Positions 9,370-19,274 of a DNA stretch of 64,000 nucleotides are shown here, in pieces (position 1 is the stretch's first letter; the number at the start of each line of letters is the position of its first letter). The stretch comes from an uncultured delta proteobacterium. Its GTDB lineage: Bacteria; Desulfobacterota; Desulfomonilia; Desulfomonilales; Desulfomonilaceae. The notes below the pieces were generated by a model. It did no database searches. It worked only from the letters and a program-made list of their open reading frames with translations, and was not told the origin of the DNA. Both the position numbers and the translations under genes were made by a program. The stretch is from the NCBI GenBank assembly GCA_963789265.1, contig CAWBKB010000001.1:1120001-1184000 (forward strand), in the 5' to 3' direction.

Positions 9370-10239
9370 TTATTTTTTGTAGCTGTACCAGCCCTCGCCC
9401 GTCTTCTGGCCGAGTTTACCTTCAGTAACCTTTTTCACAATGCTGGGAGTCGGAAGGTCCGCCCTGTCGCCGGTTTCATAGAAGTGGCTCATCCCGATGT
9501 CATAGCTCAGGTCGATACCCGTCAGATCCATGAGGCGGAACGGGCCCATGGGATGGCCGGCGCCGTAGACGCAAGCTTTGTCTATATCCTCATAAGAGGC
9601 CACGCCCATTTCGAGCATCCACATGGCTTCTTTCGAAATAGCCGCGACAATTCGGTTCAGGACGAAACCGTCCACTTCTTTCTTGATCAGGATGGGCACT
9701 TTGTCGATCTTCAGACAAAAGTCCATCATGCATTGCGCGGTTTCATCTGAGACATGGGGACCTTGGACCACTTCGACGAGCTTCATGACCAGCGCGGGGT
9801 TGAAGAAATGGAGATTGCAGACCTGGGAAGGACGATTGGTAACATCGACGATACGGGAACTTACAATGAAAGAACTGTTCGTGGCCAGAATGGCTTTCGG
9901 TGGAGTGAACTTATCCAGATCGGCAAAGACTTTCCGCTTCAGATCGATTCTTTCCAGGACCGCCTCTATAACCAGGTCGGCATCCTTGACGGCTTCTTTC
10001 AGATCGCCCGTAAACGAAATAAGACTGCGGGCCCTTTTCGCGGCATCTTCCGTCAGCTTCCCCTTTTGAACGCGCCCCGGCAGATAGGTATCGCAAAATT
10101 TCTCCGCTTTTTCGAGCACTTCCGGAACCACGTCGGTGCTGACCGTTTTTAAGCCGTGAAGGGCACACTGCAGCGCGATCTGGTGCCCCATGTTCCCGGC
10201 CCCCACAACAGATACGTTCTTCACTTCATCTATCTTCAT
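9370..10239 (-). CDS. 3-hydroxybutyryl-CoA dehydrogenase family protein
   Basis: GAGNMG, EAVLE, ATNSS, LHFFNP, GFVLNRI, GHPMGPF, GKLGQKTGEGWY. Confidence 0.93.
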   Translation of the reverse strand: MKIDEVKNVSVVGAGNMGHQIALQCALHGLKTVSTDVVPEVLEKAEKFCDTYLPGRVQKGKLTEDAAKRARSLISFTGDLKEAVKDADLVIEAVLERIDLKRKVFADLDKFTPPKAILATNSSFIVSSRIVDVTNRPSQVCNLHFFNPALVMKLVEVVQGPHVSDETAQCMMDFCLKIDKVPILIKKEVDGFVLNRIVAAISKEAMWMLEMGVASYEDIDKACVYGAGHPMGPFRLMDLTGIDLSYDIGMSHFYETGDRADLPTPSIVKKVTEGKLGQKTGEGWYSYKK

Positions 10240-10614
10240 GTTTCACTCTCCTCCCACTTTTCTTTTGGATCTCTGTTTATTGATTCCACCGCTACATAAG
10301 GTCAACGATTTTTTCATGAGACGGCGGCAAAAAGAAACGGAATGTTCAATTTGACAAACCCGCTATATGAATCGAAAGGAGATTGCTAATGAGAGTCAAG
10401 ACGCATCCAAGTGTTAAAAAAAGTGCCTGAATTTGTGCAACATGAATTGCCAGCGGATGAGTTGCAGGGTATAGCCCAGGCACCTGCACTTGTGGCTCCC
10501 GCAATTTGGGTAAATGTCCGCAAGATGAAGTTCAGCCACTAACTTTGGATGCGGATCCAATTAGCCGACGCTTTGGGCGAAAACAGTTAATTTGGCAGGA
10601 TAATGAAGTAATTC

Positions 10615-10661
10615 TGGAGCCGGGGATGGGAGTCGAACCCACGACCTGCTGATTACGAATC
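10615..10661 (-). repeat. Duplicated 3' half of tRNA-Thr (att site)
   Basis: 47 bp identical to 19934-19980, then diverges. Confidence 0.95.
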
Positions 10662-10810
10662 CCGCTATTGTGAGATTTAACAAAACATATTCAGGTACTT
10701 CCCTCTGGACTCCCGTTGCTACCTTCCAGGACAAATCAGGACGATACAGAACCCAATGGCACAAAATTGGCACACCCCGCTCCAGGGCAAAGAGCGCAAC
10801 ATACTTGTTC

Positions 10811-11699
10811 TTAGCCGACCATTTCGCGGATGACTTCTTTCACGGAGAGGATATCCGTCACGAGCCCTGCAATCTGGCCTGCAGGAAGAATACCCAGATC
10901 CACATTCCCCTTGAGCCAGGAATCCTCCATTGTTGGACCGCCGAAGCCCGACATCGCTTCAGTCTCTCCACTTTGAATTCTTTCCGTGAAAGCTGTCTTC
11001 AGCGCCCGAACCTGGAAACGTCCCAAGTTGATGAGTAGGGTCCCCAAGTCCCCTGCTTCAACTATAAGCTTCTTGTAATTGTCGTGCGCGATGCATTCCT
11101 TTGTGGCGATGAACCTCGTTCCCACTTGCACCCCTTCAGCTCCAAGGGCCATGGCTGCCCTGTACGCCCTAGAGTCCGCTATGCCTCCCGCAGCGATTAC
11201 CGGAACCTTGACCTTGTCCACAACCGCTGGAACAAGAACCATTGTTGATGGTCCTCCAAAGCCCTGTACACCACCTGATTCACTCCCTTCTGCCACTATG
11301 GCATCCGCTCCCAGTGCTTCCGCCTTGGAGGCAGAATCGGCGGTCGGTACAACGACCAGAGCTTTGATCCCATGCTCTCGGAGAAACGGAATGATTTGCT
11401 TTGGAGATCCTCCGGATACAGTCACCGCGCTGAATGCCTTCCTCAGCCATCACCGCACCAAATTCCAATACCTTGGGGTTCATGGCAAAGAGGTTTGCAC
11501 CAAAGGGTTTGTTGGTAAGCGCCTTGGTGGATCGCACCTGATCACGTACAGCTTCCGCGTCAGTCGCGAAAGCCGTTGCGAGGAGTCCGTAGCCGCCTGC
11601 CTCGGAAACCGCAGCCACGAGCTCTGGATTGCAAATCACTCCCATGGCGCCCTGAATGACTGGATACTTCACGCCTAATAGTTCAGACACACGCGACAT
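10811..11699 (-). CDS. Nitronate monooxygenase/FabK-family flavoprotein (one +1 frameshift near 11430)
   Basis: YPVIQGAMG..VAAVSEAGGYG..PFGANL in one frame; AEGSESGG, AAGGIADS, GVQVGTRF in the next. Confidence 0.88.
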
Positions 11700-11874
11700 T
11701 GCTCTTTGCCTCCATTTGAGCGCGGAAATGACGGATCGATCATGGATCAGATGACTGGGCTACAACAGGTACTTTGATGCCACAGATTAACTGTCGCCAA
11801 ATCTCACTTACCCGAGAAGCCATCAGGAGAGGTTTTTGCCGTGAAAAGGACCGACCTGCATCCCTCTGGGTTCC

Positions 11875-12441
11875 TCACATGAACTTATGAGCAAATTTCA
11901 CGGCCTCAGCCTTGATTTCCTGGCCCATGGCATCAGGTGTGGTCGTAAAGGGTATTACAAGGGTTCCAGGGACGCTGCATTTCGTGTACTCCATTAGCCT
12001 GTTGAACATCTTCATCACGAGGTCCGCGTTTTCTTCGATAGGACCCGCGCACGTTACCAGAAGCCCAGCCTTTTTTCCTTCAAGGAGGGACTTCCATTTA
12101 GGAGTACCGTAATCTGTAACAAGACAGAAACAACGGTCTATCAACGGCTTGATTTGCGAAGAGAAGCCCCAGCAAAAGAGTGGTGAAGCCAATAGAATGA
12201 CGTCAGAAGCTATTAGTCGCTCAAAGATTTCCTTCGCGTCATCCTCTTGAGGACAGCCCGGCTCGTCGGGAATGCCTTGACACGTGTAGCATTCTTGGCA
12301 GCCATTCACCTTTTTATCTATTATATTGATATGATCGACGAAGTGACCGTTCGCCCGCAGTTCTTCCTCCCCCCACCCTAGAACCTTTGCCGTGTTGCCC
12401 TTTTTCGGGCGCGGACTTCCCAACACGCTCACAATCCTCAT
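11875..12441 (-). CDS. Flavodoxin-fold protein (iron-sulfur flavoprotein / NADPH-dependent FMN reductase)
   Basis: GSPRPKKGNT, CQECYTC..C Cys cluster, ASPLF, KPLIDR. Confidence 0.9.
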   Translation of the reverse strand: MRIVSVLGSPRPKKGNTAKVLGWGEEELRANGHFVDHINIIDKKVNGCQECYTCQGIPDEPGCPQEDDAKEIFERLIASDVILLASPLFCWGFSSQIKPLIDRCFCLVTDYGTPKWKSLLEGKKAGLLVTCAGPIEENADLVMKMFNRLMEYTKCSVPGTLVIPFTTTPDAMGQEIKAEAVKFAHKFM

Positions 12442-12885
12442 TTTTGCCTCCTCCATCAACGAAACAGTGAATTTTAGGCCATTTTCTTAGAGTCAGATTG
12501 GTGGTCACGTCGTGCAGAATTTTCCCTTCGTGAAGATCGCGATTTATCTGTACCAAGAATTATGCACCGGTTTGGCCACTTCAATGTTTCTTCTGCCGGG
12601 AACCGGACGTAACATCCTTGCTTGGACATCGAAAAGGGTTCCCATTTCCTCGCCTGATCGTCAGAAGCAAAATTCTCACGATGGTGCCTAAAAGCTAATT
12701 TTATCTTCTGCTTGAGCATACCTCACCGTACGCCAAGCGGTCAATCTGTATATTACTCCTTGTGTCCGGTTCACGAAAATGGCTCCTGATTTGATTGTAC
12801 GAAGCCCGAGAATGTGTGCTGTCCTTTCAGCCAGAGCACTAAATATCAAGCACTTGACTCTGAAGGTTCAGAGAGATTGAAGCCT

Positions 12886-12984
12886 TTAGCGAAGAATGCC
12901 CTCCAGAATACTGGGTTCAACAAACAGAAGGATGACTATCAATATGATAGCGAACATGAAGATCTCGGAAACGATTCCGTTCAT
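12886..12984 (-). CDS. Putative 32-aa single-pass membrane peptide
   Basis: MNGIVSEIFMFAIILIVILLFVEPSILEGILR with upstream GAGG; below ORF-track cutoff. Confidence 0.45.
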   Translation of the reverse strand: MNGIVSEIFMFAIILIVILLFVEPSILEGILR

Positions 12985-13548
12985 GGCAAACCTCTTCGCG
13001 TTCAATTGATTCATTCTTTTTAAGTACTTGGACTAGAAATTTTGTGATCCGTTAAAAAGATGACGAGTCGGGATGAGCTGGAAACGGTCGGATTCCGAGA
13101 TTTGAGATGTACTGGGCTTGGATATGAGTGAGGCAACAAGCAATCCTGGAAAAGGGGTCATACACTTGCCGAGAACTGCGGAATCAGGCTCCCGTTCGGG
13201 TTCAAACATTAGCCTTTTCGGCAACAAGCGGCCACATTTGCAAACAAATATTGAAATATGAAAAATCACCCATAGCAGCTTTCCCCTGCCTCTTTCAGAA
13301 AGTCGCTCAGAATTGATTCTGCGAAGCCTCAGTTTCGATTTGACCGCCCGCTGGATTCCGGGTATCGTCTGCCTTCGTTGCAATGCATTCAGGAAATCCA
13401 GATCATCGCCACCCTGCTGGTGGAGTGGAATTTCTCTGCCTTGGGGGCCTCTCGGGAATGGCAGAACCGATCCTGCGGCCGGTCATTGGCCCAAGGCCGC
13501 AGAAATGGCAAGACCGCCGCATAATTCAGAATAAAATCGGAGGTTCTC

Positions 13549-13854
13549 ATGTTAACGATAGTTGCCTTCGCTCAAGCGAAACCCGGTAAAGAAAAGGATC
13601 TTGAAAAAGCTCTTCTGGAACTAGTTTCCCATACTAGGAAAGAAGCGGCCTGCATCAATTATGATCTCCATCGGCACCTCAACAAACCGGGTATGTTCGT
13701 GTTCTATGAAAATTGGATTGATAAAGCCGGCCTGGAGCAACACGGCAAATCACAACATATTGCGGATTTCAAAACAAAAGCGGGCGACCTGCTGGCAGAA
13801 CCGCTTAAAATCGAATTGTGCGAAATGGTGTCTCAGCAGGTCTCTAAGAAATGA
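13549..13854 (+). CDS. ABM-family putative quinol monooxygenase
   Basis: AKPGKE..TRKEAACINYDLH..FVFYENW..H; RBS GGAGG. Confidence 0.9.
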   Translation: MLTIVAFAQAKPGKEKDLEKALLELVSHTRKEAACINYDLHRHLNKPGMFVFYENWIDKAGLEQHGKSQHIADFKTKAGDLLAEPLKIELCEMVSQQVSKK

Positions 13855-14001
13855 GGAACGGAGTTTGACCTAGGACCCTTGGGAAAGGTATCCAGATCAA
13901 CAGCCTTTTGTGCTACCACCGGTGGCTTTCTTTGCACTTTCGCTGTTTCTTGCGTCACGGGATAGTGGAACATAACAAAAGAGAGAGCCGGACCAAGCCA
14001 A

Positions 14002-14196
14002 CTAATGCTTTCTTTCTGGGTTTGGGAAGCTGGAAGAACAGGGCGGGCTAATCGTGGCCGTGTGATCCGAAATTATGACAAGGGTTCTTGTCTTAAGGGA
14101 TCGTCTCATCCCACCTTGCGTGGAGCACTTGAATATCCTTGCAAGTTCCTCATCGCTTATCGTTTGGCCTGGCGAAAGGCCGTGTTCAAGTAGCAT
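14002..14196 (-). pseudogene. N-terminal stump of an SRA-like domain/HNH endonuclease
   Basis: IFKCSTQGGMRRSLKTRTLVIISDHT matches my recollection of that family N-terminus; homology stops after about 46 aa; start overlaps NUDIX stop. Confidence 0.6.
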
Positions 14197-14578
14197 GATG
14201 GGTCCTCCTCAATTTATGAACAAATGGTAAATCAGCGGGAACAAACTCGTAGTTCTCCAGTTCCTCAAATGAGACCCACCTGCTACTTTCGTGATCCGTT
14301 AATGACATTTCTCCGCCTGTCCAATCGACTACGTATGCAAGAAGCCTGATGGACCCATGCTTGTAATGATAAATGCTTTCACCAAAGAACTCCTGAACAG
14401 ACACCTCTATGCCAAACTCTTCTCTCATTTCACGCGCCAGGCACTCCTGGGGCGTCTCTCCATTTTCCAATTTCCCGCCTGGAAATTCCCACAAGTATTC
14501 AAGCTGCTTTCCGGCTTTCCGCTGGCCGATAAAGACCTTACGGTTCTGAATAAGGATGGCCGCGGTCACCGTCTGCAT
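14186..14578 (-). CDS. MutT/NudG-like NUDIX (d)NTP pyrophosphohydrolase
   Basis: WEFPGGKLENGETPQECLAREMREEFG Nudix box; PAD motif. Confidence 0.95.
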   Translation of the reverse strand: MQTVTAAILIQNRKVFIGQRKAGKQLEYLWEFPGGKLENGETPQECLAREMREEFGIEVSVQEFFGESIYHYKHGSIRLLAYVVDWTGGEMSLTDHESSRWVSFEELENYEFVPADLPFVHKLRRTHHAT

Positions 14579-14706
14579 GGCTTGTTACGTCCTATTTGCT
14601 TCAAATGGGTTTGGACTCTCGGGCACTCTTCTACTTAGGATGCAGCCCCTGGCCAAGACGGTGCAGCATGTTAGCCGGTTCTGTCCCAGCGTTTTGAAAC
14701 AGGGGA

Positions 14707-15817
14707 TCACATGAACTTGTCCCTGAAAGCCCGCTGTTTCTCCAACGTCCATCGGACACAAAAAGCTGGTTTCCCTTTCATCACGATCTTAGTACACGCA
14801 TTGCACGAGTCGCACTGCAAAATTTCTTTGTCCCGCCCATCCATCACCTTTTGAGGCCATTCGGGATCAGTCCAGAGCACTCTGGCAAGTCCGATGAGAT
14901 CTGCACACCCATCGGCAACTATCTGTTCTGCCAACTCTCCCGTTACAATGAGGCCAGCAGTTACGATAGGAATTTCCACTTCCTTCTTTATCGCAGCCGC
15001 CAACTCAACCATGTAGCCCGGCCTTGTCGATCTTTCGATGATTTCTGGTAGGATAAAGGACTCATACGTGCCACCCATAACAGAAAGGTATGCCACTCCA
15101 AGATCGGAGAGCGTGCGAGCGAAAACAGAGGATTCTTCCAACTTCAAGCCATCGGGCAGCCATTCATCAGCCAGGAAACGGTATCCCACGGGGAAATTAC
15201 CGACGGCTTTCTTGACCTTGGTCACAACCTCCAATGCAAATCTTTGCCGCTTCTCAAAGGTGCCACCATACTCATCTTGTCTTTTGTTCGTTCTTGGGGA
15301 GAGAAACTGTGCGAGCAGGTACCCAGTACCTCCGTGCAATTCTACCAGGTCGAACCCCGCCTTCTTCACTCGGACAGCGGCATCGACGTACTTATCTTGG
15401 ATTTCTCTAATTTCTGCAACGGTCAAAGCTCTCGCCATGCGACCAAACGTATTTACGGGAGAAGGTGCAACTGGCTCCGGGATGCCGGCAAACCGCCCTG
15501 CGTGATTGATCTGCAAACAAGCCTGCGCTCCTTGCTCTTTGATCGTATCAGCCAAAAGTCTAAGCCCGTCCAGATTGTCATCGGTATCGGACCGAATGGT
15601 CCGACTGGAGCCGCTGCCCAAGTTGAAATCGATGGTGGAATTTTCCACAACCACTAGCGCAACACCACTTTGGGCCATGAGTCTATAATGATCGAGGAGC
15701 AGTTCGGTGACTGTCCCGCCGTAGCCAGCATATCCTAGGGTAAAGAGGCGGCATTATCAGTCGGTTCTTGAATTTCAAGCCGCCGATTTCCAAGGATTCG
15801 AAAAGATGGGAATACAT
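14707..15817 (-). CDS. NADH:flavin oxidoreductase (Old Yellow Enzyme family); +1 frameshift at 15738-15740
   Basis: MYSHLFESLEIGGLKFKNRLIMPP joins LGYAG..LQINHAGR..AGFDLVELHG..GYLLAQFLSPRTNKRQDEYGG if one G of GGG is removed. Confidence 0.9.
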
Positions 15818-15886
15818 GAGCTGTTCCTTTCGAAAGGGAAGCGTCTACTCACGATTTCTGGACTGCATTTTCGGTCACAGGATCAT

Positions 15887-16222
15887 TCACTCTCTCGGCT
15901 TTGGTTGCCTGTTTCTTTTGTCGCGAGCTTCATCCTTCCCGCTGATTACTAGAAAGTCCAGTGGCAACCTCTTCAGGACATCCTCCATGGTAACCTCCGG
16001 CAATTTCTCATTATATTGCATTTTGCCACTATCATACGTCTGGATGCTGATGCCCTTGCTCCCTTTTATGATTATTACTTTGTAAAGCCGGGTCTTATAA
16101 CCTTGAGGTATCGTAATGAAATACTCTGTCTTTGATCTGGACCACCTTGGCTTTATACCATGCGCCTTGGCCTCTTCCGCTCGCTTTAATATTGCCTCGA
16201 ACAGGTCCTTGATTGCCACCAC
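15887..16222 (-). CDS. Hypothetical protein
   Basis: 111-aa ORF with protein-like composition; no motif recognised. Confidence 0.5.
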   Translation of the reverse strand: MVAIKDLFEAILKRAEEAKAHGIKPRWSRSKTEYFITIPQGYKTRLYKVIIIKGSKGISIQTYDSGKMQYNEKLPEVTMEDVLKRLPLDFLVISGKDEARDKRNRQPKPRE

Positions 16223-17013
16223 CGCTTTTCACCCCCGAATTTTAGTGGCCGGGTACAATGATGAAAAAGACTCCATTGCTTATAGTCTGACACCAGGGCT
16301 TGTATTTTAAACAGTGTGCCGCAGCACAAGTGGAAAAGCAATGGGAATCATCTCATCGAGATCATGGAAAGAGCGTCTTTTTTGGCCGCGAGGCAGCGCG
16401 GCCCACAACACTGTTTCATCCAAGGAACTGTGCCGGAGGCAATTATTGCCTTTCGTGATTCGCACTCCTATTAGGATGCCATACGAACGCGATCTGACTT
16501 GGAGGAGACAGATACGCTGGCTTGCATAACGGGTGGAAACGCACAAGCGTTTCATAGCGGTGTTCCTGATCTTATTCGCGACAAGGTTCGGCAGTTGCTT
16601 CCGTCCGATCTGTGGGTGGTTACGCATAACTTCATCGTTGAGCAGGGATTGGGACGATGTGTCAGACAAGCTCTTTCGCTAATTGGGCTGGATGTGAGAT
16701 GTAAGGTGACCTTAAGTAGTGCGCAGTGCCCTCAATTATTGTGGCAAATTACTACACCTCACGAAATTTACCTCAGCAGTATAATTCGCTCTAAGATCAA
16801 CTAATTACAACCTTTATCTCTGTCCGACTGTTGCATTTTACCTCACTCTAGCCATCGCCCCGAAATACCATACCCTGTAAATCAATCGTAAAATAAGCCA
16901 ATTAATTAATTTCTTCATCTTGGCACACTTAATGAATGTAAGGAGGGTAAAGAGGACGGCAGATGGAATCCAAAGCAGACAGCTCCAATCCCAGATATAG
17001 ACAGGAGGTCATC

Positions 17014-18039
17014 ATGGAAAACACAAGAACCGGCGGGCTATTCAAACCAGCCGTAAAAGATCAAAAGTGTATCCATACGCTCACAGGACTTGTGCCAGAT
17101 CATAAGATATGCACTAACGCTTACAACTGCGAGAGCTGTGAGTATGACCAAATGTTGCAAGATACTCCCAAGGGTATCACCGGATTTAACCTGTCTGGAA
17201 AAGAGTGCATCTATATGAAGGCGAGACTTGTGCCCACCAAGTATTGCGACAACGCATTTGACTGCACAACCTGCCTGTTTGACAAGGCGATGAGTCGCAA
17301 GAAGGCTAAAGAGTCTCCCGGCGTATCTTGGAGTTCTGCTGTTTCTAATAGGGCAATAGACCTCCGTTGTCGCCATGCCCTCACTGGCGGTATGGCAGCG
17401 ACTAAGATGTGCGCGAATGACTATGACTGTGCAAACTGCGCGTACGATCAGATGCTCGATGACATGATACAGACCGACCACACGATGTTTGGGCCGCCGC
17501 AGTATCTCAAGGCCCACGGCTATTCTGTCCCCAGGGATTATTACCTCCACAAGGGGCATGGGTGGGCTAGAGTTGAATATGGTGGGCGAGTTCGTATTGG
17601 TCTAGACGATTTTGGAAACCATCTTGTCGGCAAAATTGACAAGTTCCGTCTTCCATCCATCGGCACGAGGTTCAAACCAGAAGAAGAGTCTTTCATCCTC
17701 GAAAGAGAAGGCCATGAGGCTGGTGTAAAGGCTCCGGTGATGGGAGTTGTCACCGCTGTTAATCAGAGAATCTTGGAACACCCTGCCTGCACCGGTACGG
17801 ACCCATACTGCTCTGGCTGGGTGATGCTCGTCGATCCTCTGGAATTGAAATCTGATTTGAAAGATCTTGCGTTCGGGCTTGGAAGCGTCAGGTTCATAGA
17901 AACAGAGGCAGAGAGACTTCTTTCGATGATTTCCGACGATCCCAAAGCAGCCGCTGCCACAGGTGGCGAGCCCATCGCTGACGTGTACGGGGCATTTAAA
18001 GATGTGGGCTGGGATAGGTTGGTAAAGAGCTTTATTTAG
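17014..18039 (+). CDS. GcvH-like domain protein with three N-terminal Cys4 repeats (alternative start 16963)
   Basis: YYLHKGHGWARVE..VRIGLDDF..APVMGVVTAVN..DPYCSGW is a GcvH fold; three C-x12/13-C-x-N-x-Y/F-x-C-x2-C repeats. Confidence 0.85.
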   Translation: MENTRTGGLFKPAVKDQKCIHTLTGLVPDHKICTNAYNCESCEYDQMLQDTPKGITGFNLSGKECIYMKARLVPTKYCDNAFDCTTCLFDKAMSRKKAKESPGVSWSSAVSNRAIDLRCRHALTGGMAATKMCANDYDCANCAYDQMLDDMIQTDHTMFGPPQYLKAHGYSVPRDYYLHKGHGWARVEYGGRVRIGLDDFGNHLVGKIDKFRLPSIGTRFKPEEESFILEREGHEAGVKAPVMGVVTAVNQRILEHPACTGTDPYCSGWVMLVDPLELKSDLKDLAFGLGSVRFIETEAERLLSMISDDPKAAAATGGEPIADVYGAFKDVGWDRLVKSFI

Positions 18040-18533
18040 GTCAAGCTATGAAATCTCGGCCGACCCCGAGGATAATGGCCGCTCAGAGTATAGGAGTTCC
18101 GAAGGGCAAACAGTGGTGCCCTGAATTCTCACCGATGCGACGATGTTTGCGGACGGAAATGGGCGCCACATGGCGCTCATTTTCAGTGGGGTAGGACGAG
18201 AGGAAGGACTGCCTTACTCATTAGAAACTGCTGTGCAATGCGTTGCCGGTGCTGCAACATGCTCTGAACTGCCGGGAATCCTCATATTCACGATTGGTGA
18301 GGTCATATACTCGGGAATCTTCCGTTTCTACTCTGCAGCAAAAGTGACTTGTTTTCGGTCAAGCAAAAAGGGACCAGGGGCGGCCAACTAAAGGGAGACC
18401 ACCTGGTTGAAGAAAAAGAAATCATTGTTTCTTCTTTCTGGGCATACTCTGTTTGAACTGGTAGCTCTCCCCGTTCATAGAGAGGATCTGAGCATGATGG
18501 GTCAGGCGATCAAGGAGTGCTCCTGTTAATTGT

Positions 18534-18830
18534 TCACTGCGGAACATCAGCTCCATTCACCGCCGCTTTTAACACCGGAGAGTATTTCCAGGTAAGAACT
18601 CGGCGGGCATCTAGCACCATCTCCTCGCCGGTCTTTGGATTTCTACCCCTCCGAGCGTGCTTAGACTTGACAGACCATTTCCCGAAGCTAGAGATCATAA
18701 CCTCTTCCCCGACGACAAGATTCGCTTTCACTATTGCGAGCAGCTTCTCTAAGATCTCCTCCGCTTCCCCTTTCATGAAACCGCAATCATCCGCTATTTT
18801 CTTTGCTATATGTGCCTTGGTAAGTGTCAT
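18534..18830 (-). CDS. Integration host factor alpha-like protein (island copy)
   Basis: MTLTKAHIA..ISSFGKWSVKSKHARRGRNPKTGE..ARRVLTWKYS. Confidence 0.9.
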   Translation of the reverse strand: MTLTKAHIAKKIADDCGFMKGEAEEILEKLLAIVKANLVVGEEVMISSFGKWSVKSKHARRGRNPKTGEEMVLDARRVLTWKYSPVLKAAVNGADVPQ

Positions 18831-19274
18831 GACAACCTCCCCAAATTGAAACTGAAATAGTAACGAATCAGCAGAATAGCAGAACCGCAAACTTAAAGGC
18901 AATGATATCAGGATATTCTTTAAGGAGGCTTGGCAATCATTGTGACAGAGGAGAAGCCTGTGACATGGTCGGAAGGAGTGTGCCTCCTGTCCTCACACGC
19001 TAGCCAACGGCTACCGAATGCATTCTCGCGTTCTCAGAACCCCATACACGAACGTTCCTAGTTTGGAACACCCTCAGATACCTATTGCCAGAAAATCGCG
19101 CATGATCGTTCTCAGGTGCCTTTTTGAACGAATCTCGTGGGCGGGCTGGTCGCGGATTGCAGACCAGAACCGAACCATGTGTCCAGGCCGGGTACCGCTG
19201 TGGCTCAGATCAACTCCTGTTTGCGGTTCTTGAGACCGGTCACCGTGTGATAGACTGCTTCCATAGTCCGCTCC

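Noticed and set aside
10615..10661. Second tRNA-Thr gene
   Set aside because: Only the 3' 47 nt are present; the 5' acceptor strand and D-arm are missing.
12474..12719. 81-aa ORF upstream of the flavodoxin
   Set aside because: No recognisable motif; cannot be supported as a gene.
16920..16937. Sigma54 promoter before the GcvH-like gene
   Set aside because: TTGGCAC is present but the -12 element reads ATGA rather than TTGC; too weak to call.
17014..18039. Canonical gcvH
   Set aside because: No lipoyl-lysine motif, extra Cys-rich domain, no other gcv genes.
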